A stretch of DNA of 13,400 bases, from contig JBHGNT010000957.1 of assembly GCA_043228905.1 (NCBI GenBank), positions 1 to 13,400 on the forward strand. Direction: 5' to 3'. This document shows, piece by piece, positions 1-9,482 of this stretch. The translations under genes were made by a program, and so were the position numbers. The first letter of the stretch is position 1, and each line of letters starts with the position of its first letter. Source of the DNA: Azolla caroliniana (lineage: Eukaryota > Plantae > Polypodiophyta). The notes below the pieces were generated by a model, which saw nothing but the letters and a program-made list of their open reading frames with translations, was not told where the DNA came from and ran no database searches.

Positions 1-379
1 AGCTTGGTTTCTTCGCCAAGCAGCAGTTACAATAGAGTATCACTCTATATCTCTCTCCCTCTCTCTTTGTCGCTCTATACGTTGTCGTGTGAATCTTCAC
101 ACACTATGTAAAAAAATAATGAAATAATTATTATAGATTAGATTAGTAGCTTACTATAGAAAGATGGATATACTCAAGAGCTTTAAAACGTATTTTACTA
201 TATACAAAATGGAGAAATACATATCAAGTTATGTGAAAATGAAGTTTGAGAAGATAGGGAAATTAGAACTATCCCACATAGATAGGAAACTTAAGGTCCT
301 GGCTATATAAGCACCTTGAGCTCCCTCATTTTTCATTTGTGCTAAGAGCACTTTGGCCACTTTGTCTTTGCCATGTTTC

Positions 380-618
380 CAAAAACCGGAAACTGGACGG
401 TAAGCAAATTCGGAAACCGGCTGGTAAGCAAAACTGGAATCCGGAAACCGGCCGGTATGCAAAACCGGAATCTGGAAACCGGCCGGTATGCAAATCCGGA
501 AACTGGCTGGTATGCAAAACTAGAAACCGGAAACCGGTCGGCAAGCAAACCGGAACAGGAATCGGAACCGGCCAGCAAGCAAAATTGGAACTGGAACCGG
601 CAAGCAAACCCGAACCGT
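380..618. repeat. Degenerate tandem array (~24-31 bp units, GCAAAACCGGAA[TCCGGAA]ACCGGCCGGTAT) inside LTR C
   Basis: About 8-9 visible imperfect copies built from AACCGGA sub-units. It accounts for the overlapping ORFs at 229-707. Confidence 0.9.
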
Positions 619-697
619 TCGGCGAGGGATTTGGTGATCTAGCAGAAATGGCTACCCGACGAGGTTGGACGCTGACGGACGGAAGATTGGATTATGA

Positions 698-880
698 AAC
701 AAACTAAAGTAAAGTGAAGAGAACTAAAGTAAAGGCCATGTGGATGCAAGCAACTAAAGTTGGAGTGTATGCAAAAAGTAAAGGTGATGTGGAAGGTGTG
801 CAACAAAAAGGTGGAGATCATGCAACAAACTAAAGTAAAGTGAAGAAAACTAAAGTAAACGCCATATGGGATGCATGCAA
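698..880 (+). repeat. Direct duplication of ~55 bp with a 126-bp offset, inside LTR C
   Basis: AACAAACTAAAGTAAAGTGAAGAGAACTAAAGTAAAGGCCATGTGGATGCAAGCAA (from 698) versus AACAAACTAAAGTAAAGTGAAGAAAACTAAAGTAAACGCCATATGGGATGCATGCAA (from 824). Confidence 0.9.
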
Positions 881-967
881 GGGAAGGAGAAAAAAAAAGG
901 AAGAATCCGTGAATCACTCATAAATTTAGAATTTTTTTCGATAGGGGAGGGAAGCTATCTCTCAAGT

Positions 968-1039
968 AAACCCTAATTTCCTAATCAAAGCCATACAACT
1001 CAGAAACCCTAATTTTCGAATTGAATCTAAAAACCCTAA
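968..1039 (+). promoter_or_regulatory. Three telo-box motifs (AAACCCTAA) in LTR C
   Basis: Exact AAACCCTAA at 968-976, 1004-1012 and 1031-1039. Function is not shown. Confidence 0.5.
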
Positions 1040-1556
1040 TATTCTAATTAAATCCATATCTCATTTCTTCTAATCTATTACTCTAGCCATCTCCATTAGC
1101 AAACATTTTGTAATCCCAATCTTGGGATTAATTGTAATCTTTCTTTCTACTTGTTAATGAAATCTATTAATCTTTCTCATTTCGGTTAATTCTTAGTACA
1201 TTAATACACGAATTTGATATCCTCTAGTCAAAGGCCCCGGGGTCTTGCCTGAACGTTCACGTATCCTCGCCATATTTTCACGACAACGTCTCTGTACAAC
1301 AATTACAACAATACAACAACAATACAACATAACATTATACAGTTATTGCCCTAAGTCATATTTATACTTATATGAACTTAGGGCTATTTACAAATATAGC
1401 CTCAATGGGCTTACTCATAAACTTCTCTCTTCCGGTTCTCACTGGCTCTCTTCAGGTTCTCACCGGGTCTCCTCTAGTTTCCGGATCTCTTCCGGTTGTC
1501 ACCGGGTCCTCTTCATTCATCACTACATCCCATCCGGAGGGACCGATTTGCCAACA

Positions 1557-3674
1557 GAAGGAAGATTCAGGGTGAATGTGTATCAATTATCGCCGTTTGA
1601 ATAAATTGACAATTAAAAATGCATATCCGTTAACTTGTGCCGATGATTTGATTGATCGTTTGCATGAGGCCTGATATTTTACAAAAATTGAGTAACAGAT
1701 AGGTTATCATCAAATTCGCATTACCAAGGATGATATTCCTAAAACCACTTTTCGTACGCACTACATTATGAGTTTTTAGTCATGCCTTTTGGGTTAACTA
1801 ATACTCCAGCCACATTCCAACAAGCGATGAATGACGTTTTCCAAGGTCAATTCGGTGATTTTGTTGTCGTCTTCTTGGATGATATTTTGATATATAGCTG
1901 TACCTTGCAAGATCATGTTCAACATGTTCGATTTGTTTTGCAAAAGTTGCGTGACAACTCTTTCTATGCAAAACATTCAAAATGTGATTTTTTCCAAAAA
2001 TCTATTGTGTACCTAGGTCATTTAATTACGGAAAATGGTGGTGAAATTGAACCTTCTCGTATTGAAAAGGTTAAACTTTGGCCCATTCCTTGTAATATTT
2101 GTGAATTGCGATCATTCTTAGGGTTTGTTGGATTTTTACGAAAATCAATTCGTAACGATTCCAAATTGACTACGCCATTAACTAACCTTGTAAAAGGTCA
2201 TCCATGTAAGTCTGTCAAACCAATTGCATGGAATGAACAACTTGACAAATCATTTGAGACACTCAAAGAGCATGTGTGTCTTCTATTACCGGACCCTTCT
2301 AAGCCTTTGTCAATCGAAACCGATGCTAGTGATTATGCTATTGGTGTCATTCTTTATCAAGGCGGTCACCGTATTGCTTTTGAAAGTAAGAAGCTTGATG
2401 CTGCTCAATCTCGGTATTCGGTTCAAGAGAAAGAGTTGTTTGCAGTAATACATGCACTTAAAACATGGAGGCACTATCTCTATGGAAATAAATTTGTGGT
2501 TACAACAAACCATCAATCATTGAAGTATTTTTGTGACCAGTGAGATCTTGTTGGTAGTAAAGGCCGTTGGGCTGACCTTATGCATGATTTTGATTTTTCC
2601 ATACTATATCGAAAGGGTTCTATGAACACTGTTGCGGATGCTCTTAGTTGCATTAAAGAAGTTAATATGTTTAGCTTCATGGAAATAAAATCTGATCTTT
2701 TAGATCACCTTCGAGGGAAATACCTTGATGACAATTATTTTTCGAAATACTAGATGAAAGCCGAATCTGGTTTAGATGTCGATACTGGCACCCTACCCTT
2801 GAAGGCGACCTTTCACATTACAAATGGTTTGCTCTACCATAGTGGAAAGGTCTCTGTTCCAGATTTACCAAACGTAAAATAGAAAATTCTTCATGAATGT
2901 CTTGATGCACCATATGTTGGTCATCTTGGAATACAACGCACACTTGTTCTCATCTCGAGTACTTTTTTCTGGCCTAAGATGCGCTCGAACGTGCATAAAT
3001 ACGTAAGTCAATGCTTCCAATGTCAGATTAATAAGTCAGAACGACTTAAAGTTGCTGGTCTTTCACATCCATTAGATATTCCCAACAATAAATGGGAAAG
3101 TATCTCGATGGATTTTATTGTTAGTTTACCTCATACACAGAGGGGTCATGATGCCATTTCGGTTGTTGTTGACAGACTAACAAAATTGGCTAGATTTATT
3201 CCTACCAAAACCACGGTAACCGCTCAACAATTGGCTTATCAATTTGTTGATGAGTTATTTTGTTTTTATGGATTACTGATGGATATTGTTAGTGATCGAG
3301 ATTCCAAGTTTACTAGTGACTTTTGGACTCAAGTCTTTAAGAAACTAGAAACTACGTTGAGCATGAGTTCCGCAGATCATCCTCAGTCTGATGGACAAAC
3401 TGAACGAGTTAATCAAATTATTGAGGACATGCTTCGAGCTTATGTAGCAAAAACCCCTTCTAAGTGGGAGAAATACCTTCCTATCTTAGAATTTGCCTAT
3501 AATAGCTCTAAACATACATCCACTGGATATAGTCCTTTTATCTTGATGTATGGTTTTCAGCGATGTGCCCAAGTTGATGTCACGATTCATCGTGATACAT
3601 TAGACAGTACACACGATTTTTTGCAAGACATGAACCAAATGTTGCATATTGCCAAAGAGAATGTCAAGACAACA
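1557..3674 (+). pseudogene. pol: Element A: Ty3/Gypsy (chromovirus-like) pol fragment, RT - RNase H - integrase, truncated at both ends
   Basis: RT motifs: [52 protein letters not shown]. RNase H motifs: IETDASDYAIGVIL, EKELFAVIHAL, TNHQSL. Integrase motifs: zinc finger HEC..VGHLG...CFQCQ, and core SMDFI / SDRD / QSDGQTERVNQ. The RT-RH-INT order is Gypsy. It has premature stops (1672, 2541, 2751, 2880) and indels. Confidence 0.97.
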
Positions 3675-3916
3675 TGTTCAAGGGTTGTCTAAATCATGAT
3701 AGTGCATGCACTTATCATTCCTTCTATCCAATCATTAGTCCCCTTTTTAACATTGGTGAACATACCCTTCACTAATGTAAATATTGGTGACCTACCCTAA
3801 CCAACGTTATGAATACACAACAAAAAGTAGCATGGTGCATGCTAAAATAAAAAAGCACCCACTATTTTTATGTGGGAGAGCCTCTCGAATTGTATAAAAG
3901 GTTGAATAGAGCTCAT
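3675..3916 (+). mobile_element. Element D: 5' (U3) part of an LTR inserted into the integrase of A and itself interrupted by E
   Basis: Integrase similarity stops after AKENVKTT and TGTTCAAG starts at 3675. The stretch is non-coding, with TATAAAAGG at 3893-3901, and a new TGTT start follows at 3917. Alternatively it could be part of a longer LTR of E. Confidence 0.55.
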
Positions 3917-4449
3917 TGTTAGAAGGGAAGGGAGATACAATGCGAAAGCACTATTGGAATCGAGAGAAAGGTCATGTGTTACAAGTCAAGAGGGCGTGGC
4001 GTGTAAAATCAACAACGACGAAAGGAGACATTGCTTCATTTGTCATGACATTGTACCAAAACTTGAGGATACCCCGCCCCCCCCTCCCCCCTTCTCGAAT
4101 AAGGGTATATAATGGCCGTATTCACATTATCCCCTTGAAGAAACTAGATTTAGGACAATTTTGTAAACATGCGCTAACCCAGTTAATATATAACGAGCTT
4201 TGTAACGTAGTTTGTAAGGTGGCTCATTTTTTGTTGTTGTCGCCATTCGTTTGTAACTCAGAGCCCAAATAATATAGTTACATTTTGCTTGTGCCATCAC
4301 TATTCTACCTTCTTTTTCTGTTGCTTTGTTGATATTGTGTTATGATCTAGTTGTCTATTGTTCTTAATCTGTTTCCCATTTACTCTCTAACGATCTTCAT
4401 AACCAAGAGTGCTGAGATATTGTTCCGCATAAGACAACTTCTTTCAACA
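3917..4449 (+). mobile_element. Element E: 5' LTR of a Ty1/Copia element
   Basis: TGTTAGAAG...CTTTCAACA imperfect inverted termini, TATATAA at 4187-4193 and a T-rich R/U5. The 3' end is fixed by a PBS 2 nt downstream; the 5' end is less certain. Confidence 0.75.
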
Positions 4450-4451
4450 TC

Positions 4452-4469
4452 TGGTATCAGAGCTTGGTT
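4452..4469 (+). other. Primer-binding site complementary to the 3' end of tRNA-iMet (element E)
   Basis: TGGTATCAGAGC(TTGGTT), the canonical plant tRNA-iMet PBS, directly after ...CAACA-TC. Confidence 0.95.
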
Positions 4470-4812
4470 TTTCCTTGATGTTGTTGCCTCCATCGTAATC
4501 ACTCGTAGCAGATTGGGCCCTAGGGAACAACCCCCAATCAGTCGGCTAGACAACATTTGTGAGGACCAATCGGCTCTGTCCCTCTAATCGTCGTAGTCAT
4601 TTCAAGTAGGATTGGTCTGGATAATCAACAAAAAATCTGTGATCAACATCTCAAAATTAGCATTGGAATCAAGTACACAGAATCGTATCCAACTCAGGAA
4701 GCCGATTCGACTTGTGTTTGAATCCGACTCTAACGATATCAAGTGAGCCAGTTGGCTGCATCCCACCACTGTTTGTAGACAACTCCGAATAGAGTCTAAC
4801 AAGCAGACATAG

Positions 4813-6397
4813 ATGTCATCAACATCCAACTCATCAGAGATCAGTCTAAGGTAGTTCAATGGATCGAACTTCAACTTCTGGAAAGAGCAGATGCAAGATT
4901 ATCTGATAGTCATGGGTCAAATAGATCCAATCGAGTTAGAAAATCCTCTAGAAGGAATCAAGCCAAATGATTGGACAAAACTCGACAGAATTGTCTAAGC
5001 CACCATTCGGATGCACTTGTCGGAGTTAGTGTACTTTATAGTGCAATCCTGTTCGACAACCTTTCAACTTTAGAAGACACTTTCGGATACCTATGAGAAG
5101 AAGGTAGCTGCCACAAAGATATATCTAATTCGGTGCCTTTATAATCTTTCGATGAAAGAATCTGATTTGGTCTACGCACACCTCAATGAGTACGAAGGCC
5201 TATGTTCCCAAATCTCGGCTCAGGGGACGATCATTGAGGATGAAATAAAAGCGATGCTTTTTATGCGTAGTCTCCCCCCTTTGTGGGAAACTTTCGTCAT
5301 AACCGTGTGCAATGCGTCGAATGTTGCCGTGAAGTACTCTGAAGTTACTAGCGCAATTCTGACTGAAGATGCTTAGACGAAATTGTTTCAAAAGATTCGG
5401 CAAATGACGCTTACGTAGTACAAGGTTAGACTGACCGATCGAATAATCGAGGAAGAAGTTCTTCCGGACCGCTGAACAATCAACGAAGTCGGAGCAAGTC
5501 CTAGGACAATGGAATTTGCAACTATTGCAAGAAACCCGGGCACATCAAAGCCGATTGTCGTGCACTGAAAGCGAAGAACGATAGAGCTTAGCGAGCTGAT
5601 CAAAACAGTGGCCGGGATGGGGAGGTCAAGTATATCAACTCTTTGGCCGAAGTATTCTGGAACTACCCGAACATACTATCCATCGAATTAGAAGTTTTGC
5701 TTACGATTGAGGAATCAAGCACATGGCTCTTGGATTCAGGTGCATCCTACCATGTGACCCCTCACAGATCCAAATTTCGGCAATATTCGGCCCGACACTC
5801 TGACTCAGTACGAGTCGAAAATTTGTAGCATTGCGTTATTATCAGAATCGGCACTATAGAACTAAATCCCAGGTGGTTCTACATTAGTACTACACAAATT
5901 CCGACATGTACCTGAGCTCTCAAGAACTTTGATCTCAGTCAGACAATTAAACGGAGTCAACATCCGTCTTGACTTCTCATCAAGAGGGTGGAAACTCCAT
6001 AGGGGGAACGTCCTGCTTGCTAGAGAGCCGAAAATACATTCACTGTACCCGTTATATGTCACAGTCAAAGAGGGTGACTTGTTTCCTGGTGGATATTCCC
6101 GTACCATCGCTATGGCATGGACCACTCCGACACATCAGCAAGGCTAGCATAATGCACTTATCTAGATCCGAATACATCCCCAAACTCTCCTTCTTCAATC
6201 ATCAATTCTGCGAGCATTGCCAGTATGGCAAATAGAAAACTGCCTCACAACCGACAAGTACATCGAGAGAATCCAATCCACTTGGACGTATGTGGCCCTA
6301 TGCCACATCAATCTTTTGCCAGTGCTTTGTACTTCGTAAGTTTTATCGATGACTCGACTCGAAAGGTGCGGGCTTATCCGATCAAAACCAAAGATCA
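4813..6397 (+). pseudogene. gag-pol: Element E: Ty1/Copia (Tork/TAR-like) gag - protease - N-terminal integrase, 3'-truncated
   Basis: ATG at 4813, then FNGSNFNFWKEQMQDYL, UBN2-like LYNLSMKES..AHLNEY..SLPPLWETF, zinc knuckle CNYCKKPGHIKADC (~5517-5558), protease WLLDSGASYH, GAG-pre-integrase LWHGPLRH..CEHCQYGK, and integrase HLDVCGPM..YFVSFIDDSTRKV..KTKDH. It has many stops and frameshifts. Confidence 0.96.
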
Positions 6398-6919
6398 TGT
6401 TGAGATACTGGTCCCTCATAATGGGGATCAGAGAAGCTTGAGATGAACGATTTGGATCAGAGATTTCGGAAGGATATTCCAAAACCGGATTAGATGGACC
6501 TGGAAGGGGTCCGGATGGCTCGAGCTTTAACAAGAAGAGAGATAGATTTGTAAATACCCTAAAAGTTATATGAGTATAAATATAACTAGGGAAAATGGTT
6601 GAGTTGTTGTGGTATTTTAATACATAGAGAGAAATAGAGAGATAGACAGAGAGAAACAGAAAGCATTTTCTGTTGTAATTGCCGGCTGGCGAAGATAGAG
6701 CTCAAGGTCATAGGCTCTAATTCTCCCTTCGTACCTTTCCTCTCTATAGTGAGTTTGTTTGGAGTTAGAGAACTCTCATGATTTTGTCTCTCGAGGTTTT
6801 CCATGTTACTATTCTGTGTCATCTTATACCGTGTGCAAGTGTGTATCTATCTACATGTTTTTAATTGATCCTTCCATTGAACGTTGACACTCGGTTGTGG
6901 CTGAGCACTATTCCTAACA
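6398..6919 (+). mobile_element. Element F: 5' LTR of a second Ty1/Copia element, inserted into the integrase of E
   Basis: TGTTGAG starts exactly where E's integrase breaks, and the LTR ends CCTAACA. TATAAATA is at 6575-6582. A degenerate PBS follows. It is homologous to LTR B. Confidence 0.88.
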
Positions 6920-6922
6920 ATC

Positions 6923-6934
6923 TGATATCAAAGC
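6923..6934 (+). other. Degenerate tRNA-iMet primer-binding site (element F)
   Basis: TGATATCAAAGC equals TGGTATCAGAGC with two G>A changes, 3 nt after the LTR's terminal CA. Confidence 0.85.
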
Positions 6935-9482
6935 ATGGAAGATCCATTCAACGACATGTTCAAACTCACTAGCTCCAACTACCTAGTATGGAAGTCGAAG
7001 ATGCGGGACATGTTGGTGGTCCAAGAAATCTGATTGCCGGTACAATTCGGAGATGCAAGACGAAACAAGATAGATGTTGCGACGTGGGAGGTAATGCACA
7101 TGAATAAAACAACCTACATCTGATGCTTCATCGACATGAGCTTGTACACCAACTTCAATGAAGAGAGGAAGGCTCATGAGCTTTGGGAGAACATAGGCAT
7201 CATGTTTCAGAACAAGAATGTCGTAAATTGAGTCTGAGTATTCTGGAAGTTAGTGAGACGTCAATAACCGGCGAAGATGCCGAAATTGGAGTCCCCTAAC
7301 CCGGAACAAATCGGAGATGAGGTCAAAATCAAGGGGAGGCCCACTTGCTTCTATTGTGGGAAGACGGGGCATTTCCAGAAGAATTGCCGACACTTCTGAA
7401 AGGAGAAAGGGGGAGCGACAATGCCGACTCGGAGAAGGGTTCGGACCGGAAGAGTTCGGACCGTAAAGGAGCATTTGGAAATCACGACAAGTGAAGAAGA
7501 ACTATTGCTTATCATCAAGGCGAGCGATCTACATCTTGTCAGTGACGAAACGACGTGGGTGGTCGACTCCGGAGCGTTGTTCCATCTGACTCCCGACCGG
7601 AAATGCTTCGCATCCTACAGAGCCGGAGATTACGGTTGTGTGAGAATGGGGAATGAAGGTGCATGTTGAATTGTCAGCATAGGAGACATGTCACTGACGA
7701 CTTCAACCGGGTGTAGGTTGCTAAAAGATGTCTGACACGTTCCGGAGGTTCGATTGAACCTAATATCAGCCAGTTGGCTAGATAATGAAGGCTACACCGG
7801 TAAAATCCAGAAACGAGTTATGAAATTTGCCAAAGGGAGCCCGATCGTGGCCCGAGACCGGAAAATCAACACCCTATTCTTGATGCATGCCTGGATTTAT
7901 CAGGAGGAAGTAAATGTGGCAGCGGACACCATCGGTGAGCTGTGGCACGAGAGCCTGTGCCACATGAGCCATAAAGGGATGCATAAACCTACCAAGGATA
8001 ACCTCATTCCCGAGATGAAAAATGTGCAGCTAGATAAGTGCACTGACATGGCTGGCAAGCAAAACCGAACCTCTTTCTAAAACAGACTACCGACAAGATG
8101 GAAAGAACCACTGGAGTTTCTCCATACTGATGTATGCCAAGTGGACACAAAGTCCCATGCCGGGTCACAGTACTTCGTGACGTTTATAGATGACCACATC
8201 CAAAAGCTCTGGTTCTTCAAGGACTTCAACGCAAGACTGGAAAGAGAAAGCATCCACAAGTTGAAAGAAGTTCGAGCCGACAACAATAGAGGGTATTGTG
8301 GGCAATTCGAGGAATACTTCCGATCAAAAGGAATCCGGCTCAAATTTACCGTGCCAAAGACACCAGATCTTAATGGACTAGCCGAGAGAATAAACTACAC
8401 CATAATGGAGGAGTCTGAAGCATTCTTGGATATGCCAAGTTATCCAAGATGTTTTGGGTTGACCCGGTGATGGTGGCGATCTATTTGATAAACAGGTCAC
8501 CCTCAGCTCCCTTGGATGTAGACACACCGCAGAGAGTATGTACTGATAAAGATGTGTCTTACTGGCACTTAAAGGTGTTTGACTGTGTTCCCTACGTACA
8601 TGTAGCAAAAGAAAAGAGGGAAAAATTGAATCTGAATTCCCGACCATGCATATTCCTTGGATACGGCGATGATGAGTTTGGCTATTGAGTCAAGAAATAG
8701 TCGTCATGGAAGACAAGACCATTGCCGACTGGGAGTCGGAGAAGAAGACAATGGATTCTGGGTCGACCGACAGAGGTCGGTTGAAGGATATAAGGACCCA
8801 TCCGACTGGAAGACAGATGACATTCAATCAACAGGCCGGTCCCGAACAAGGAACCGGACCGACCGAAGAAGAAGAATTGGGCACCGGGACCGGACAAGAC
8901 CCCGAATTAGATTTGGATGAAGAATAGTCAGAGGAACTAGTGGTCGAAAACCAGGGATGGAGATATCCTCTAGGAGAGAGAGAAAGGCCCCGCAGAGATA
9001 CTACTAACCGATGAGGGGGAGCCGTAAAGCTTTGAAGAAGCAAAGAAAGACACCCACAGCTGCAACTACAAGTGGTTAAGTGCCATGCAGGAGAACCACA
9101 CATACGAATTGACAGAGCTGTCGAAAGGGAAGAGAGAGCTCTGGAACAAGTGGGTGTACAAGTTGAAACCGGGAGACACCAGAAATCCACCGAGATACAA
9201 AGCCTACATTGTGGTGAAGGGCTTCCAATAGAAGAAAGGAGTGGATATCGATGAGATCTTTGCGCCGGTAGTAAAGATGACATCCATCCGGATTGTGTTG
9301 AGCATTGCAACAAGCATGGACCTCGAGGTCAAGCAGTTAGACGTCAAGACGACGTTCCTGCCCGGTGACATCGAAGAAGAGATCTACATGCAATAGTCAG
9401 AGGGATTTGTCAAGAAAGGAGGAGCACCTGGTGTGCCGGTTCAAGAAGAGCTTATACGGACTGAACCAAGCTACCCGACAAA
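6935..9482 (+). pseudogene. gag-pol: Element F: Ty1/Copia (TAR/Tork-like) gag - protease - integrase - N-terminal RT, internally deleted and 3'-truncated
   Basis: MEDPFNDMFKLTSSNYLVWKSKMRDML, zinc knuckle CFYCGKTGHFQKNC (~7346-7387), protease WVVDSGALFH, LWHESLCHMS, integrase LHTDVC..YFVTFIDD..RADN..PDLNGLAERIN, CIFLGYGDDEFGY, and RT NKWVYKLK..RYKAYIVVKGF..EIFAPVVKMTSIR..QLDVKTTFL..KKSLYGLNQATRQ. INT before RT is the Copia order. It stops before the YVDD motif. Confidence 0.97.

Larger units (their letters stand above)
83..1285 (+). mobile_element. Element C: solo LTR (~1.2 kb), probably Ty3/Gypsy
   Basis: The termini TGTCGTG (83-89) and CACGACA (1279-1285) are a perfect 7-bp inverted repeat with TG..CA ends, flanked on both sides by ACGT (79-82, 1286-1289). 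Removing it restores LTR B. It is non-coding, with U3-like tandem repeats. Strand and superfamily are inferred from layout only. Confidence 0.75.
1..1556 (-). mobile_element. Element B: Copia-type LTR on the minus strand (pieces 1286-1556 and <1-82), split by solo LTR C and running off the left edge
   Basis: The minus strand starts TGTTGGCAAATCGGTCCCTCCGGATGGGA at 1556, resembling the LTR F start TGTTGAGATACTGGTCCCTCATAATGGGGA (6398). The revcomp of ~1347-1395 (ATTTGTAAATAGCCCTAAGTTCATATAAGTATAAATATGACTTAGGG) matches ~6546-6591 (ATTTGTAAATACCCTAAAAGTTATATGAGTATAAATATAACTAGGG). The revcomp of 1-35 (CTATTGTAACTGCTGCTTGGCGAAGAAACCAAGCT) matches ~6670-6702 (CTGTTGTAATTGCCGGCTGGCGAAGATAGAGCT). All three blocks are collinear. 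Confidence 0.85.

Noticed and set aside
1-10. AGCTTGGTTT identical to 4461-4470, suggesting a PBS at the window edge
   Set aside because: Bases 1-80 align better, on the minus strand, to the interior of LTR F. The 10-bp match is likely chance.
380-618. Possible CRISPR-like array (also 12600-12878)
   Set aside because: The units are contiguous and degenerate with no unique spacers, there are no cas genes, and the context is eukaryotic TE DNA.
229-707. Five overlapping ORFs with repetitive peptides
   Set aside because: They are by-products of a stop-poor tandem array inside an LTR and are open on both strands.
1292-1340. (ACA/ACAAT)n microsatellite and the ORFs 1245-1604 and 1372-1575
   Set aside because: This is the low-complexity TG-rich tract downstream of the TATA box of minus-strand LTR B. 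The ORFs cross element junctions.
1869-1890. RT active site FLDD instead of YxDD
   Set aside because: FxDD is common in plant chromovirus RTs, so it is not novel.
3916-4587. ORFs 3916-4272 and 4351-4587
   Set aside because: They lie in the LTR/PBS of E, start at non-ATG codons and carry no motifs.
8828-9313. 161-aa minus-strand ORF, and plus-strand ORF 11293-11715
   Set aside because: These are antisense shadows of the Copia linker/RT and of gag H, with no independent evidence.
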